Assembly: GCA_963792535.1 (NCBI GenBank)
Contig: CAWBWQ010000001.1
Coordinates: 256,001 to 320,000 of the forward strand
Origin: an uncultured Phycisphaerales bacterium
GTDB taxonomy: Bacteria; Planctomycetota; Phycisphaerae; Tepidisphaerales; Tepidisphaeraceae
Reading direction: 5' to 3'
DNA: 64,000 nucleotides
Positions 13,307 through 23,185 of the stretch are shown piece by piece (position 1 is the stretch's first letter; each line of letters starts with the position of its first letter). The notes beneath the pieces are model-generated. The model saw only the letters and a program-made list of their open reading frames with translations, searched no databases and had not been told where the DNA came from. Made by a program: the position numbers and the translations under genes.

Positions 13307-13909
13307 ATGCGTATCGCGCTGATCATACTGGTTGTTTTTTCTCTCGCTCCGTTTGCTCATGCCGCCGACGATGCGGCCATCAAGCAGGCGTATATCACCT
13401 ATTTGCAGGCCCGGATTGATCACAATCTCGATGCGGCCAAGGCCGCGAGCACGGGCGATGAATTGGGTCAGCGGTATCTGGCACAGGACATCGAGCGGCA
13501 AACTCTGGCGGAAAAATTGAAAGTTGCCCAGATGAAGTTTCGGCATCCGGGTGTTGCTACTTCCCAGCCGGTAATGAAAGCGGAAACCACATTCAAGATG
13601 ATGCTGGACAATGCAACCATCACCCAGGACGGCGACACCGCCAAGATCACGCCCAAGGGTGCACCCATTAGTTATTGCTTTCGCAAGGTAGATGGCAGTT
13701 GGAAGGCCGACCTGAATCACTGGGGATCGGCAATCACAGCCGAGCAGGTTGCGCAGTATGAAAAAACGCTCCCGCTGATGCGCGACATTATCGGCAAAAT
13801 TGACAGTGGTGAGATCAAATCTGAGGCTGATCTGGAATCTGCCATGAAGAATGCGCAACGGGCGGCGGGCCAACCCGCTACAGGTCCGGCGGCAAAGATC
13901 GGGCGGTAA
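13307..13909 (+). CDS. Secreted hypothetical protein (NTF2/DUF4878-like end)
   Basis: GGAGG RBS, signal peptide, GDTAKI...FRKVDGSWK motif. Confidence 0.75.
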   Translation: MRIALIILVVFSLAPFAHAADDAAIKQAYITYLQARIDHNLDAAKAASTGDELGQRYLAQDIERQTLAEKLKVAQMKFRHPGVATSQPVMKAETTFKMMLDNATITQDGDTAKITPKGAPISYCFRKVDGSWKADLNHWGSAITAEQVAQYEKTLPLMRDIIGKIDSGEIKSEADLESAMKNAQRAAGQPATGPAAKIGR

Positions 13910-14108
13910 TGGTGGCGACGCAAAGGAAAATAAGAGCGATTAAATTTAATCCAAACTTCGATTTTAGAGTTGTGGAACGGCACTCACTGCGGTTCAGGCG
14001 GATGAGCTACAATTTTCGAAGCAGTATCCAGGTATCTAAGGCGATTTGCGGATCGATTGAGGGCCTTTTTTTTCGATAACGAAAGGTCTATAATGCGGTA
14101 GTTCCACC

Positions 14109-14489
14109 GGGGGCGATCGGTTTCGACCGGATAGCTGCGGTGGTGGTGGCATGCCCAGGACGCTCACTTGGCCTGGTAAAAAAAGTGAGCAAACAACAAC
14201 TGCCAACAACGATGTTGCAGGCCGAGTCGGCTTCACCGCCGCCCCGGTTGTAATGGCTGCCTAAATTTAGGCTGCCTCGATACAGTGTGATGCCCGCAGC
14301 ACACTGGTCGAAAAACGCGGGCTGGTCTGTCGATTCCACCGTTGGTCGACAGATAAGATTTAGACGGCATGTTCCGCCCGTAGGGTGCCCGTGATCGCCG
14401 GGCGGAACGAGAATAAAACACGAGGCTAAGCATGTAGAGGCTGCCATTTGGGTTGTCTCGGGACGAGGGTTCAATTCCCTCCGCCTCCA
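14109..14489 (+). ncRNA. ssrA: tmRNA
   Basis: GGGGGCGATCGGTTTCGAC 5' end pairs with CGCCTCCA; T-arm GAGGGTTCAATTCCCTC; tag ORF 14202..14264 ANNDVAGRVGFTAAPVVMAA*; TATAAT at 14089..14094. Confidence 0.96.
14468..14489 (+). repeat. att core within tmRNA
   Basis: GGTTCAATTCCCTCCGCCTCCA, identical to 19038..19059. Confidence 0.95.
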
Positions 14490-14518
14490 CTGGGTTCTGG
14501 CGCTGGAATCGCGGTTTC

Positions 14519-14544
14519 GGCTAAAACTCAGGCTAGAATTGGTT
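14519..14544 (+). promoter_or_regulatory. Putative integrase arm-type sites (left)
   Basis: GGCTAAAactca-GGCTAGAATTGGTT, matching 18971..18996. Confidence 0.7.
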
Positions 14545-14578
14545 GACTTTCAAGCCCCGTTTTGTCATCTTTTACAGC

Positions 14579-15935
14579 ATGGCAAAACGGGGTCGAAAGC
14601 AAAAACCTCATGTCTGTTCATGGGACGGCAAACATGTTGACGGGCTGTACCATTGCCCCGATGGACGCTGGCGAATTGTATCCACAGGGGAACGATTCAC
14701 ACAGCCCGATGAACGTCTCGCCGTTCTGTACTTCCGTCGCTGGGAGGCCCGCCAGAACCCCAACAACGCGAACGTAGAGATTCCCGTCAACCCCGATCCA
14801 AGTGACGACGACTTTGGTGCCGTTGAAGCTGTAGTTCGCAATCAACTCGGACCCGGTGAGTTTCGCGCCAAGTGACGATTCACTGATTCTCACCATTCCT
14901 GAAAATCCCGCAGATTCGATGAAACTGATCCGACAGTTTCCAGTTGAAGTCCTCGCCGCTTACTTCCGCAATGAACTCATTGAACGCCCGAAGTTTTGGG
15001 CCGAACAAACGGGGATTGAACAACTCGGATACTGGACTGATCTTCCCAAACCAACTCCATCGCCGTCGCTGATTGAAGTCGGAAGTTTGTACTTTGACAA
15101 AGCGAAGGTTAAACCCCGATGGCTTGCCAGAAGTCGGGAATGGTGGACCGAATTTTGTGGTTCAGTTGACGCCCAAACGCTCAGGGAAATAAGTCAGGAA
15201 ATGGTTGCTGATTACAAATCGGACGTACTCGAAACTCAACTGTCGGATAATAGGTCCACGACGTATGTGAAACACCGTTTCGGTGCCGTCAAAACGATGA
15301 TCGCCTACTCGAAACATTGGGGCCTCTGGGCCGATGATCGCACGAAAGCACTTGGATATTGTTCGATTCTCATTCCGCCTAAATCAGTAACACCGAACCC
15401 AGCACCCATTGAACGTAGTCACTTCCACACGCTGCTGAGTGCTGGCGATGATAATATGGACGCTCTGCTGTTGCTGGCCTTGAATTTCTGCATGTATGGC
15501 CATGAAGTCGCTTGCTTAGAATGGTCAGATTTCGACTTCGATAAAAAAACATTGGTGACTGATCGAACTAAAACGGGAGTTGCAAGAATCGGTGTTATGT
15601 GGGATCGCACAATCGATGCTCTGAACAAACTGGCACGCTTTCCCGGAATCAAAACGCTCATGCTGACAGACGGCACTCGCCAACCCCACAACGCCAATAC
15701 GTTCGGCAAGGCATTCCGCGACCTGAGAACCGCAACGGGAGTTCCCGATACCGTCAAACTATGTCACGTTCGCGACGGTTCATACACCGCCGCTGCGGAG
15801 GGTGAGCAGGTCCAGTACGAACATGCCCGCATTCTTGGGGGTCATAGGCTGGGAATGTCTGATGCCTACATCAAACGACGCCCTAAGCTGGTGGCCGATG
15901 CCTGTAAAGCGATTGAACTGGCCTACTTTGGGTGA
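14579..15935 (+). CDS. Tyrosine recombinase/integrase with atypical catalytic residues (frameshift ~14860)
   Basis: Adjacent to att. Motifs LLLLALNFCMYGHEVACLEWSDFD, TKT, CHVRD, ILGGH, SDAY. Confidence 0.88.
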
Positions 15936-16178
15936 GGATGAAAGTACGTTTCAAGCCAGCTATTTCCAAGTCGAAGCTTCATGACATAACATGATATTTC
16001 GATTAATGTGTTATGTTAGTGTCCACTTCTATTCGTTTCAAAAACTCTGGACGATGGAACTCATATCGGGAGTGTTCCCGCTGATCCTCACTAGATCATC
16101 ATGAAACAACGTCTAATGCGTCGATAGTAAAAACAGTTAAGGGCATAACGCCCAAGTATGAATGATCTAGTGAGCGAA

Positions 16179-16208
16179 GAACCCAGCGGAATGCCCGTTG
16201 GGTTTTTT
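16179..16208 (+). terminator. Intrinsic terminator-like hairpin upstream of rep
   Basis: AACCCAGCGG-loop-CCGTTGGGTT running into a T tract. Confidence 0.65.
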
Positions 16209-16213
16209 GCTTT

Positions 16214-17021
16214 ATGTCATCAATCGCACTGGAAAACTTCGCTACATGGGAATCCGATGCCACTCTGCTGATCGAAGCCCCGTCCCATATCAGTGCAACA
16301 TCCAAACGCGAAAATGGATTATTAGCTCACAAACGCCACTCCCCAAATGGGGAAAATGACCAATGGGACAACTCTAAATCTGCATCATCTAAGCCAAGAT
16401 GTGTCTACCAAAACCGTTGTGGACTGTCAGGATGTGTCCATTGCGATCAAATTCGCGCCAATAGGAAACTCCCCGAAGTCTTAGAGAACATAAAACCCAA
16501 AGCTCCAAAGCTCTATTTTCTAACCCTGACTCTGAGACAAGAACATGATGCGTCCAGAGAAACACCACTAAAAAGAACAACTTGGCACACTCTACAACAG
16601 CATCATTTTACTGCGGAAGCATCCCTCTTGGGCCTCCAAAGTACATGGTGGGATTCAACGTCTCCATGTGGCACACGGGCCGAATGGCTGGAACGCCCAT
16701 TTCCATCTTCTGATCGAATCAGAACCCGTAAACCGAAGTGACATCCAACGGGCTTGGGCCGATGTTAGCGGGGGTCATTACTCCGTCGATCTGCAATCTG
16801 TCGGTAATAGCGACTCCGATCATCTGCGTTTAACCAAGTACGTTCTGAAGGCTCCACAACGCTCTATAGCTCAGAGCGAACCGCTCATGGTTGAATACCG
16901 TTCTGCAACTAGAAACAGGCGTAAAATCCAGCGTTTTGGAAATTGGACAAACACCCGATTTACGCCTGAAAGATGGATAAAACAAACGCGCACCAGCAGC
17001 AGAACCAACTGCCGAAATTGA
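16214..17021 (+). CDS. Rolling-circle replication initiator (HUH Rep, Rep_1/pC194-like); frameshift in A-run ~16570; start uncertain
   Basis: Cys cluster RCGLSGCVHC, motif I FLTLT, motif II WNAHFHLL, motif III TKYVLK. Removing one A joins 16214.. and 16668..17021. Confidence 0.85.
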
Positions 17022-17120
17022 CTACGAACCAACAGCAGAAAAACGCACAGAATGGGAACTAGATTCTGCCGCTCTACTCGGAAATGAAAGCAAAAATGAA
17101 ACTACTTACTTGGGGGAACA

Positions 17121-17744
17121 ATGGGGGAAAGAACATATAGCGACCGTCGCAAACACGCGGACCGATTCGCACCAAAGCAACTCGCAATCGTTGCCAGCTT
17201 GTTTCCGAAAGAATGGGAATGCCGCATTAGCACCGAAACAGAAGACATGGGGGGTGTTGACTGCTGGATCGGAGAAAAGCGAATCGCCTTGCGAATCCGC
17301 TTCAATGCACATTACAACGACATCACCATCCGTCACAACGAACTTCAGAAACTCAAACAGGGATCAACAGACTACATGCTTTATTGCACCGCTGAAAAGC
17401 GACATGATACTGACTCGGAAAATCTTACTGGATGGAAGCTGATCGACTTGGCCGCGATTCGGCGGGCTGGGGAAGACTGGTTCTCCCAAGTCAAATACGA
17501 AGATCGAACCGCCGCCAATGGGGATCGGTTCTGGTTGTTCGATATCGACACCTTAGAAGCGAACTATGGACCCGCTGTAGTTGCGTCGGGATCGGTGGAA
17601 ATTGAGCAGACAACATCAACCGACACGGAAGGCAACATCACCACCATCAAAACCCAGACGGTGACACGGACGATACATCCATCGTTTTACCCTGACACCC
17701 CGGCCATCGTATGGAAACCAAGGTCGATTTTAGACGACCGATAG
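17121..17744 (+). CDS. Hypothetical protein, possible degenerate PD-(D/E)xK fold
   Basis: 207 aa; EDMGGVDCWI...IALRIR...DITIR...ELQKL...DYMLY pattern. Confidence 0.6.
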   Translation: MGERTYSDRRKHADRFAPKQLAIVASLFPKEWECRISTETEDMGGVDCWIGEKRIALRIRFNAHYNDITIRHNELQKLKQGSTDYMLYCTAEKRHDTDSENLTGWKLIDLAAIRRAGEDWFSQVKYEDRTAANGDRFWLFDIDTLEANYGPAVVASGSVEIEQTTSTDTEGNITTIKTQTVTRTIHPSFYPDTPAIVWKPRSILDDR

Positions 17745-17931
17745 TAGCCTTGCTCACGTTTTTTTAACTCCTTTCCACAGATTATGGGTATGCCTGTGGA
17801 TGCGGACCATGAGGGTAGGGACATTGGATTCTCTGGGACGATGGTAATCTCACCGCCGCCATACACGCCTTTCACGCGCAGCCTCAGATTCAGCATAGGG
17901 GGGCTTGCTGCTGTAATTCGTAACATTCTTA

Positions 17932-17960
17932 TTGACGTTCGTCAAATAGATTGTTACGAT
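17932..17960 (+). promoter_or_regulatory. sigma70 promoter of the serine recombinase with a palindrome over the -35
   Basis: TTGACG-N17-TACGAT, 7 nt before the ATG; palindrome TTGACG-TT-CGTCAA. Confidence 0.7.
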
Positions 17961-17967
17961 ACCCGCC

Positions 17968-18700
17968 ATGACAACCAAAACCCCAAAATTGGTGACATAC
18001 ATCCGGGTTTCAACTAAGCGTCAAGGTGAAAGCGGGCTTGGACTGGACGGCCAAACCAGTGCCGTCCAGAACTATGCCGCAAGTGTCGCTGGTGAGGTTG
18101 TTGCGACCTACAGGGAGATTGAATCAGGCCGCAACAATGCACGCCCGCAACTGGCAAAGGCAATCGCGCACTGCAAGCGAATCAAAGCCCGATTGGTAAT
18201 TGCCAAGTTAGATCGTCTCGCCCGCAATGTCGCGTTCGTCGCCAATCTCATGGAAGCGAATGTCGATTTTGTCGCCTGTGATAACCACGCACGCCAACCG
18301 TTTGACGATTCACATTCTCGCTGCTGTTGCGGAAGATGAAGCCCGTAGAATTTCAGAACGAACGAAAGCCGCTCTTGCCGTCGCCAAGCAACGCGGAACG
18401 CTTTTAGGGACACACAGGATTGGCCACTACACTGGAACCACAGAACAACATCGCAAGGCCGCTGCTGTGGCACGTAAGGCCGCTGCTGTCGCTCATGCTG
18501 TTGCTGCTGAACCGCTATACTCGGAAGTGACGCCGATCATTGCCAACTTGAAGGGTGAAGGGGCTTCACTCCAAACCATTGCTGATCGGTTGAATGCCGA
18601 TGGATTCACTACCCTGCGGGGCATGGCATGGGGCAAAATGCAGAGTATCCCGCCTGTGTGTTTGACCGGTGCTTGCTCCATTGTTTCATTCGGTTTGTGA
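17968..18700 (+). CDS. Serine recombinase (resolvase + recombinase domain); frameshift ~18290
   Basis: YIRVSTKRQG, EIESG, RPQL, AKLDRLARN, EARRISERTK, SLQTIADRLN. Confidence 0.92.
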
Positions 18701-18714
18701 AGTAGTATGTTGGC

Positions 18715-18921
18715 ATGGCAAAGAACACCAAACCAAACAAGGCTCAGACCGATTTCTGCGACAAACTGCGGACGGCATTGAAACGGCTAGTGGAAGAAAT
18801 CAAGCAAGCGGGGTTGTCTACTGCTGCAAAAAAGCGATTGCGGGAGCAATGCAAAATTCTTGGTGACCAAATTGCCGACGAATGCAGTGATGCGAAGATC
18901 AAGACTTCCGACGACAGATGA
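18715..18921 (+). CDS. Small basic helical hypothetical protein
   Basis: 68 aa; TAGTAT 6 nt before the ATG. Confidence 0.5.
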   Translation: MAKNTKPNKAQTDFCDKLRTALKRLVEEIKQAGLSTAAKKRLREQCKILGDQIADECSDAKIKTSDDR

Positions 18922-18970
18922 CCCGGTGATACCCCCGGCAGGGTCGATTATCTTGATCGGTCCCGCAGGT

Positions 18971-18996
18971 GGCTAAATTGGTGGCTAGAATTGGTT
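18971..18996 (+). promoter_or_regulatory. Putative integrase arm-type sites (right)
   Basis: GGCTAAAttggt-GGCTAGAATTGGTT, same 12-bp spacing as the left copy. Confidence 0.7.
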
Positions 18997-19037
18997 CACA
19001 ATATGCTGTTTTACTGGGTTTTTTGATAGTTGGGGGC

Positions 19038-19059
19038 GGTTCAATTCCCTCCGCCTCCA
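19038..19059 (+). repeat. Distal att core (duplicated tmRNA 3' end)
   Basis: Exact 22-bp copy. Confidence 0.95.
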
Positions 19060-19150
19060 TTCGACTCGGCCGGGTACGACCTCGCTCATGGCAGGCCGTG
19101 TCTGGGCCGAGTCGAATGCCTTGGGCGAAGGTACTCGTGAGTCGATCGGG
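19058..19150. repeat. REP-like palindromic element beyond the distal att
   Basis: CATTCGACTCGGCC...GGCCGAGTCGAATG inverted repeat, then GCCTTGGGCGAAG...GAGTCGATCGGG. Confidence 0.55.
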
Positions 19151-19236
19151 CCAATCTGTGTTCGCATTTGCGCCAGCAAATTCGTTTTTCGTTTATGTCC
19201 TTCCCGGGTAAGTTGCTCGCGGCACGCAAGTGAAAA

Positions 19237-20526
19237 TCACAGCGAGCGAATCGCAATTAAAGTCTGGTCATCTGTAGGCAGCGGTGTTTCACCGAAACTG
19301 CTGACAGCTGCGCGTACGCTGTCGATGCACTCCTGTGCGGTGCGGGGGTGACAGTCAATAAGCAACTGGTCGAGGCGTTCGAGGCCGAAAAGGTCTCGGC
19401 GGGTTGCGCCTTTGGTGGGCGCCATGGCTTCTGTGATGCCATCGGTATAAAGCAGCAGCAGGTCGCCGGGCTCGAGTTGGATGGTTTCCTGTTCGTAGAT
19501 CTGACCCCCGAGAATGCCCAGGGGCAGACCACCATCGCCGTCGACGGAGAGCACATCTTTATCCCGCACGAGCCGGGGCGGATTATGGCCTGCCCGGCTG
19601 TACATCAACGTGCGATTGACCGGATCGAGCACCGCATAAAAAGCAGTAACGAAAGTGCCGCCGCGGGTGTAGGTATTGGTCAATCGATCGTTGAGATATT
19701 TCAGCAAAGTGCCGGGCGGAGTGTGGCTGCGGGGCCTGGCGTGCGCGATTGCGTGGGTGATTGCCATCAACACCGCTGCGGGGGTGCCGTGACCCGAAAC
19801 ATCGGCGATGAAGAGCCCCCAGGAACCGTCGTCCAGTGGAAAGAAATCGTAGTAATCGCCACCGGCGCGGGCACTGGTCTGATAGTCGGCTGCCAGTTCA
19901 AATCCGGGGATAGAGGGCAACACATCCGGTAGCAATGACCGCTGGATCTCACCGACGGTTTGCAACTCGCGGTCGAGTGTTGTCAGAGCGCCGGCGAGTT
20001 GATTGCGCAATACCTGGTTTTGCGTTCCCCGGCCAAACAAGCCTGATTGCAGATACAGCATGGGAAACATCGCCGGATCAAATTCTTCTCCTTCACGAAA
20101 GAGCAACAGCGACATGTTCACGGTTATTCCCCCATCATACTGCGGCATGGCCAGAGCGCTTTTAAACCCCTGCAGATAAAACCACGCCGGATCATCCCGC
20201 CGCAGGCGCGCGGGAAGGTCCTGAATTAAACCTGGCGCATTGGCATCCAGTAGTTCGGCGATTAAGCCGCCCGATAATCGGGGCAACTGATCGCGCTGCG
20301 TCCAGGGATTGAAGTTTTCGGTAAAGCGAGACGACCGGGTAATGAGGTAATAAGGAGGTTCGATATCGCGCCGGGAAACTGCGACGAAATCTTCAATAGT
20401 GATAAGCTCCCCGATGTTTTCCCAATAAGCCCTGACCAGTTCTTCAGGATCGGTGACCCCTGAGATGGCTTTCATCGTGCGATCGACGATCGCGAGTTCT
20501 ACCTGCCAGGGCTTTCGCTTCATCAT
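19237..20526 (-). CDS. PP2C/SpoIIE (RsbU-like) Ser/Thr phosphatase with N-terminal GAF-like region
   Basis: GGDYYD, IADVSGHG, RAGHNPP, LYTDGITE, DDQT. Confidence 0.93.
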   Translation of the reverse strand: MMKRKPWQVELAIVDRTMKAISGVTDPEELVRAYWENIGELITIEDFVAVSRRDIEPPYYLITRSSRFTENFNPWTQRDQLPRLSGGLIAELLDANAPGLIQDLPARLRRDDPAWFYLQGFKSALAMPQYDGGITVNMSLLLFREGEEFDPAMFPMLYLQSGLFGRGTQNQVLRNQLAGALTTLDRELQTVGEIQRSLLPDVLPSIPGFELAADYQTSARAGGDYYDFFPLDDGSWGLFIADVSGHGTPAAVLMAITHAIAHARPRSHTPPGTLLKYLNDRLTNTYTRGGTFVTAFYAVLDPVNRTLMYSRAGHNPPRLVRDKDVLSVDGDGGLPLGILGGQIYEQETIQLEPGDLLLLYTDGITEAMAPTKGATRRDLFGLERLDQLLIDCHPRTAQECIDSVRAAVSSFGETPLPTDDQTLIAIRSL

Positions 20527-20589
20527 GCCGATATCCTAGCCTCGCCGAACCCAGGCGACTATCCGAGCTGAACAATGAGTGGTTATGGT

Positions 20590-23111
20590 TTACCGCCTGA
20601 CCTCATACGCCAGCGCAGGCGCGATGCCGAGGCGAATCAATGTGCGATCCCCCTGGATCTCGGCAAGTTCCTTACCCGTTGGTTTTCCGTCGGGATCCAA
20701 TGCCACCGCATGCTTCCATCGACCGCTCAAGCTGATTGTCGCAGCAACCGTTTCGATCTGAACCGGTGCGTTGCCCCATTTGTTACCGACCGAGTGACGA
20801 TCGGCGGTCCATCCCATACCGGTATTCTGGCAGCGGGCGACGGCGGTCATCAGCAGGCGATCGGCTGAACTCATTTTCTGTCCCGGTGTGGCGGGCGTCA
20901 CGATGAGGGTTGCAAATGGTGTATCCAGCGATTCGATTCGCACACCGCTGTCCTGAAAAACAACCGGCAGAGCACCCGCGGCAAAGCCGATGAAGACCGC
21001 TGAGTCAGCGTCCCCGAAAATAAATCGCCCCGTATGAGGCCCGCGCCGACCCAGGTCGCCCGGCTCGTAGGAGACGAGCGTTTCTGTTTACCATCAAATG
21101 AAATCGACAGCGGGGCGGTCAGCGATAAGCGCGGATCCAAACCAGCCACTTCTGTCAGAAACGCCGATTCACTGCCCGAATAGCGCGGCACGCCAGCGAG
21201 CACTTGGCTGAATGGCAATGCGACTGTCTGCGACGTTTGGATCTCAGGAACAACCGCTGACAAAAGGCGCGCCCCCATTGGCATCAGAGGCATTTTCGCG
21301 GGGTTGGATTCGATATCAAAGAAGCCGGAGATCTTGTCGTCGTTTGCGTCGTGACCGTAGTCAAAAAGAAATACTCCGTCCCAATCCTGTAGCGCAGCAA
21401 ACGTCGCAATGAAAGGAATGCACTCGGCCTGAAAGTCATTTGGCGCCGGGTGCTGATATTCAGTAACCGTAAAAGGCTTGCCCGCCACGCGCGTGGCGGC
21501 CAGGTCCCACAGCGTCGCGCGCGGGCTGATCGACCATTGCAGTATCAGGAATCGTCCAATCCGAAAGATCCCATGGCCTTGCGCGGGAACGATCGGATGC
21601 TGCCAATAGGCGTGCCCGTCAACAAAATCCATTTTCGACTGCGAATAGGTTCCCATCGGCCCAAATCCACAGGTTCCGGTAACGGCGCATTTCACACCGC
21701 AATCGCCCTTGAGAAACTTCAGCATGCCAGCGTAATACCTCTCCTCGGTCTGCTGCAAAAAGGTGTACCAGTCATCGCGACGCGCCCGGCTGGGTGATAA
21801 ATGAACCGACGGGATCAGCACATCGCCGATGCCGGGATCTTCCGTTTCAGATAGTCCGGTTCCGCCGCCGGGTGTGCACTGAATATCGGATAGAAAAACT
21901 TTTCCTGTCTGCTGTCCCAGGATGAAACCGAGCCGGGCGTTTGCGTCGCTTTGGCTGGCTGTAAAGGAGAAGGAGAATGACTGCTTCCTCGTTTCCAGCT
22001 GCGCATCGGTTTCCAGTCCCAGTGACTGCCACGGACCATGAGCCTGTGAGATCGCGACACCAATCTTAACCGGTCGATCCGACCAGGCATCGAAGCGAAC
22101 CGTATAAGCTTTTTTTTCCTGCATCCTCAGTCCGGACTGAACCAGCTGCAAGTGCCAATCGGTGCTGTCGACTGCATTAACATCAGCCTGAATACCGCCA
22201 GGCACGCTGGTGACCTCCATGCGGGCGGTGTCGTGCAGTTCAGGGGTCCACTTGCCATCGCGCAGGACGTTTGCGCCAGCGTTTTCGCTGTCGATGTTCC
22301 AGGCTCGTTCCAACTTTTGCCTGGTTTGATATTTCTCTATCAACCAGCGATTCCACTGCCGCTGCAGCTCATCGCGGTAGGCCCCGGCCAGCGACGCCAG
22401 TGTCTTGTCGGCTTCCCACATGAACATCGAATTTTCATTGTTGATTTCAACAATCGCCACCGCCGGTTCATCCGCATACCTGGCATGGGTAAAGGCATTC
22501 AGATGCCCGAGCAGATCGTGCGCATATTGTTTCTGGGCATCGATTAATTCCGGATCGAAGAGGTCGACCATCTTGTCGACGCGCGGGCCGTGATGCTCCG
22601 GGCCGCTGGCGAGGTAATGAGTGTAACTGCGCGAAACATGCAGATTCAGATCAGCGTAAATACCCTGCGCTTTGAGCGCGGAAATGAAATAGTCGAGACG
22701 ATCCAATGCTTCGGGCGAAAGCGATGTCAGCCCGTCATCAGCAAAGATGCCGTTGGGAAACGGCATATTATCCATATGATGAAACCGGACGGCGTTGATC
22801 CCATATGCGGCAAAACGCGATGCCAGTTCATCCGCTTTCGCGTGTGTCGGAAAATTCGCTGCAAATGTCAGGTTCACCCCCCAGAATCGGACGCGCGTGT
22901 TACCGCTGTAAAAATGTCCATCGCGACAGACAATCCCACCCAATCGGCCCGCGGGTTTATCCAAAAGGTCGGAGGCGCGAAGCTCGCCCGGCTGATTTGC
23001 AGTCAGCTTCATCGACCAGTCAGACCATGCCGTCGGAGGAGGCAGGATCTGGGCTCTTAATGTTGTCGCGCAGGCTATAACGATCAGCGAAATGACAGGG
23101 AGCAGTCGCAT
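20590..23111 (-). CDS. Secreted GH5/GH42-like hydrolase with CBM4/9 insert (frameshifts ~21590, ~21530, ~21030)
   Basis: RFWGVN, GINAVRFHHMD, GIYADLNLH, EINNENS, HAYWQHP, KPFTVTEY, LQDWDG. Confidence 0.8.
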
Positions 23112-23144
23112 CCCTGAAAAGATACCCGTTTCCTTATCCCGAAG

Positions 23145-23172
23145 TTAGCCGGCCCGAATGCGGGCCGGCTAA
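23145..23172. terminator. GC-rich hairpin downstream of the SDR gene
   Basis: TTAGCCGGCCCG-AATG-CGGGCCGGCTAA; no clear U-tract. Confidence 0.45.
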
Positions 23173-23185
23173 AATCCAGGCTTGT

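Larger units (their letters stand above)
14468..19059 (+). mobile_element. Small integrative element in the tmRNA 3' end (tyrosine integrase + HUH Rep + serine recombinase)
   Basis: Identical 22-bp direct repeat GGTTCAATTCCCTCCGCCTCCA at both ends; visibly more AT-rich than the flanks; mobility genes inside. Confidence 0.92.

Noticed and set aside
14036..14490. Minus-strand ORFs over 14036..14490 (and 18985..19179)
   Set aside because: Antisense shadows of the tmRNA and its duplicated 3' end.
16560..16580. Programmed frameshift in rep at the A-run
   Set aside because: Indels occur throughout the window, including in housekeeping genes, so a homopolymer error is simpler.
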